DNA of 64,000 nucleotides, taken from the NCBI GenBank assembly GCA_963828165.1, contig CAWHDR010000001.1, positions 640,001 through 704,000 of the forward strand, given 5' to 3'. Source of the stretch: an uncultured Chloroflexia bacterium (GTDB taxonomy: Bacteria > Chloroflexota > Limnocylindria > Limnocylindrales > CSP1-4). The translations under genes and the position numbers were made by a program. Numbering within the stretch: position 1 is the first letter of the stretch; every line of letters begins with the position of its first letter. The notes under the pieces are model-generated. The model was not told the DNA's origin and searched no databases. It saw nothing but the letters and a program-made list of their open reading frames with translations. Shown one piece after another: positions 58,029 to 64,000 of this stretch.

Positions 58029-59716
58029 GTGGACCTTCGCCGCCAGATCGGCGTCCTGCGCTCGTGGGCCCGGTGGATCATCCTGGGCACCTTGCTCAGC
58101 GCGCTCGTCGCGCTCGGCATCGGCCTGATCCTGCCGAAGCAATACGAGGCCGACAGCCGGCTGCTGGTCGGTCAGGCCCTCGTCACCTCGAGCCCCAACG
58201 TCGATCAGTTCGCGACGGCCGAGTCGCTGGCGGCGTCGTACGGCGAGCTGGCCAGCTCCCGGCGCGTGCTCGAACCAGTTCGCGCCAAGGTGGGCCTGAA
58301 CGAGTCGCTCGACACCTTCCGCGCCCGGATCACGGTCCGCACGCGAGAACGCCAGCCGTTCATCGACATCACCGCCCGGGGCTCCAGCCCCGAGGAAGCC
58401 AAGGCCATCGTCGACGGGGTCGCGGCTGAGCTTCTCGGTATCGCGGCCGCCGTCGTCCTGCCCCCGGACGACATCACGGCCTTCACGGAGGAGGACCTGG
58501 CGGTCATCCAGACCCAGATCGTCGACACCCGCGCCGAGCTCAACCGGCTGATCGAGATCGCGTCCCCGACGACCGCGCAACAGGATCGCATCGACACGCT
58601 CCAGACTCGGCTGCTCAACCTGCGATCCGCCTACGCAGCACTGCAGGCGGCCAGCCCCGCCGTTCCACTCAACCAGCTGACCGTCATCGACGCCGGCGAC
58701 CTGGCGACGCGTCCGACCTCGCCCGGCCCGATCACCACCTTGCTGATCGGTGCGGTGCTGGGTCTCATCGTCATGATCGCGGCCGCGTTCATCTGGGAGA
58801 CGACCGACGATCGGATCCGGACGGCCGAGGACGTCCAGCGGGTGACCGGCCTGGCCGTCATCGCCCGGATCCTGCGCATGCCCGGTGGGAAGGAGCGCAA
58901 GGAGCTCTACCGATTGGCCACCCTGCTCTACCCTCGGTCGCCGGTCGCCGAGGCCTTTCGCGCGCTGCGCACCAATCTCGAGTTCGCCTCGCTCGATGAG
59001 AGCCACCGGACGATCGTCGTCACGAGCTCGGCCGCGCACGAAGGCAAGACCGTCGTCGCCTCGAACCTGGCCGTGGCGTACGCCCAGAGCGGGCGCAACG
59101 TGATCCTCGTCGATGCCGACCTGCGTCTGCCCGGTGTCCACGTCATGTTCGGCGTGGAGAACGTGCCAGGCCTGACCGACCTCGCCCGATCGGACGAGCT
59201 GGCGATCGAGGACGTCCTTCAGGCCACGGAGGTGCCGGGTCTCAAGGTCCTCACCGCTGGCACCATCCCGGGCAATCCCGCCGAGCTCCTCGGCTCGCTC
59301 CGGATCAAGAACCTCCTGGCCAGCCTCCAGGACCAGGCCGAGCACATCGTCATCGACACGGCCCCGGTTGGCGTCGTGACGGATGCCGCGGTCCTCGCCG
59401 CGTATGCCGACGCGACGGTCTTCGTGGTCCGCGAATCCTTCTCGTCCGAGCGCGTGGTGCGCCGCGGTCGCGATGCGCTGGCATCGGTCAACGCCCACGT
59501 CGTCGGTGCCGTCCTCACGTTCGTGCGGCCGCGCGCCGGCGAGGCCGAACCCTATTTTGCGACCTATGTGGATGACAAGACCATGCACGCCGATGCGCCG
59601 GCGGCGATGCCGTCGGCGAACGGGGCGGGCCAGCCGACCGTGAGCTCGAGCCGAAAACGCCGGGGTGGGATATCGACACGGACGCGATCCCGGACTCCGC
59701 GCCGGGCGGAGGACAC

Positions 59717-59720
<4 letters not shown>
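58029..59720 (+). CDS. Polysaccharide co-polymerase / BY-kinase (Wzc-like)
   Basis: Wzz-like N-terminus with 2 TMs, [10 protein letters not shown], Walker [22 protein letters not shown]. Confidence 0.92.
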
Positions 59721-63252
<3,532 letters not shown>

Positions 63253-63401
63253 CCTGTCGGACCTGCGAGCCGAGCTTGGCACATGGTCTGGGCGACCCCG
63301 TTGCGGCGGTTGGTCGGCGAGTATAGCCGGACCATCGGGAGGCTCCGGAACCACCCCAGACCGGCGCACTCCGCGCCAGTCCGCCCCTCCCACCCGGGCA
63401 C

Positions 63402-63425
63402 AAGGTCACGCGCCTGCGTGACCTT
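63402..63425. promoter_or_regulatory. Perfect 10-bp inverted repeat in divergent intergenic region (operator or terminator)
   Basis: aaggtcacgc-gcct-gcgtgacctt followed by tt. Confidence 0.5.
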
Positions 63426-63471
63426 TTCGCCAGTGACATCCGGGGTTCTCCGGACGATGCTTCCGCAAACG

Positions 63472-63559
63472 CTCTGACCGAACGAGCACACCCGTCGTGA
63501 GGCGGGGCCGCAAAGCCACGGGCCTGCGCGATGCAGGTAGCCGAGTTGCCGAAGCAGAA
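63472..63559 (+). ncRNA. GEMM-I cyclic dinucleotide riboswitch, A20 variant (possible 3',3'-cGAMP type)
   Basis: A-GC-ACA-CCCGUC-GUGA-GGCGGG-GCC-GC-AAA-GCCACGG-GCCUGC..GCAGG-UAG-CCGAGUU-GCCGAA matches the GEMM-I architecture (P2 with GNRA loop, GCAAAG junction, P3, UUGCCG). P1 is tctg/caga. Confidence 0.88.
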
Positions 63560-63646
63560 CCGATCCCCGCCCAAGGGATTCCCCGACGCCCCCCGTCGGA
63601 GCCGGCTACCTCGACCCCGCGGCCCAATGACGAGGGAGTCGAGTCC

Positions 63647-64000
63647 ATGCGGAACATCCGGGTTGCCGACCGCGCCGACTGGGTCTTCGAGGCCCCCAAG
63701 CCGACGCCTCCGAAGCCGGGCAGGCGACTCCGCGATTGGCTGGCGACGCTCCCCATGATCCTGCTCATTCCCGCGCTGGTGCTGCCATTCATCGCCACGT
63801 CCGCCGCCGGCGAGGGCACGCTCGTGGTGACGCCGACTACGGTCTCGTCCGGCGATCGCCTGACGGTCCGCGGCGAGAACCTGATGAAGGGCAACGCCCG
63901 ACTCGTCTGGGACGACGACGCTTCCATGTCGACGGCGATGCGAGTCAAGGGCAATGGCACGCTTCGCACCACGATCGACGTCCCAAGGTTCAAGAACGGC
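63647..64000 (+). CDS. Exported or membrane-anchored protein with Ig-like domain, partial
   Basis: GAGGGAG RBS and ATG; MRNIRVAD...LPMILLIPALVLPFIATSAA, then LVVTPTTVSSGDRLTVRGENL (IPT-like); open to the window end. Confidence 0.75.
   Translation, partial: MRNIRVADRADWVFEAPKPTPPKPGRRLRDWLATLPMILLIPALVLPFIATSAAGEGTLVVTPTTVSSGDRLTVRGENLMKGNARLVWDDDASMSTAMRVKGNGTLRTTIDVPRFKNG

Overview
Gene-dense, very GC-rich (about 70% by eye) bacterial chromosomal segment. The gene repertoire suggests a monoderm soil or sediment organism, possibly Chloroflexota; this is an inference, not established. Left to right: an ECF sigma/zinc-binding anti-sigma pair; a GalT/HIT-like protein with an altered catalytic motif next to lipB; a structured intergenic region; a CheB-CheR-PAS-histidine kinase hybrid with a NarL-type regulator; tRNA-Gly(CCC); a C39-like peptidase; and acetolactate synthase. 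Next is a ~20.5 kb methylated-amine island: two non-pyrrolysine MttB methyltransferases flank an Amt variant plus small membrane protein, an XRE-cupin regulator, N-methylglutamate pathway genes (mgsABC-like, soxD-A-G-B-like, gmaS-like) and a dimethylamine monooxygenase dmmDABC-like operon. After it come a MacAB-like ABC exporter with a two-component system, an acyl-CoA synthetase, a divergent subtilase, an orphan degenerate lysine 5,6-aminomutase alpha homolog, DppA, a MoaD-MoaE fusion, a His-rich duplicated helical surface protein, and the start of an exopolysaccharide locus (wzc-like, gmd, fcl, rmlC-like, O-antigen ligase/polymerase). At the right end is a GEMM-I cyclic-dinucleotide riboswitch with A at position 20 (the cGAMP-type signature) and a readable translational expression platform. 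No CRISPR array, transposase or rRNA was seen. All family calls come from manual motif recognition; no database searches were run.
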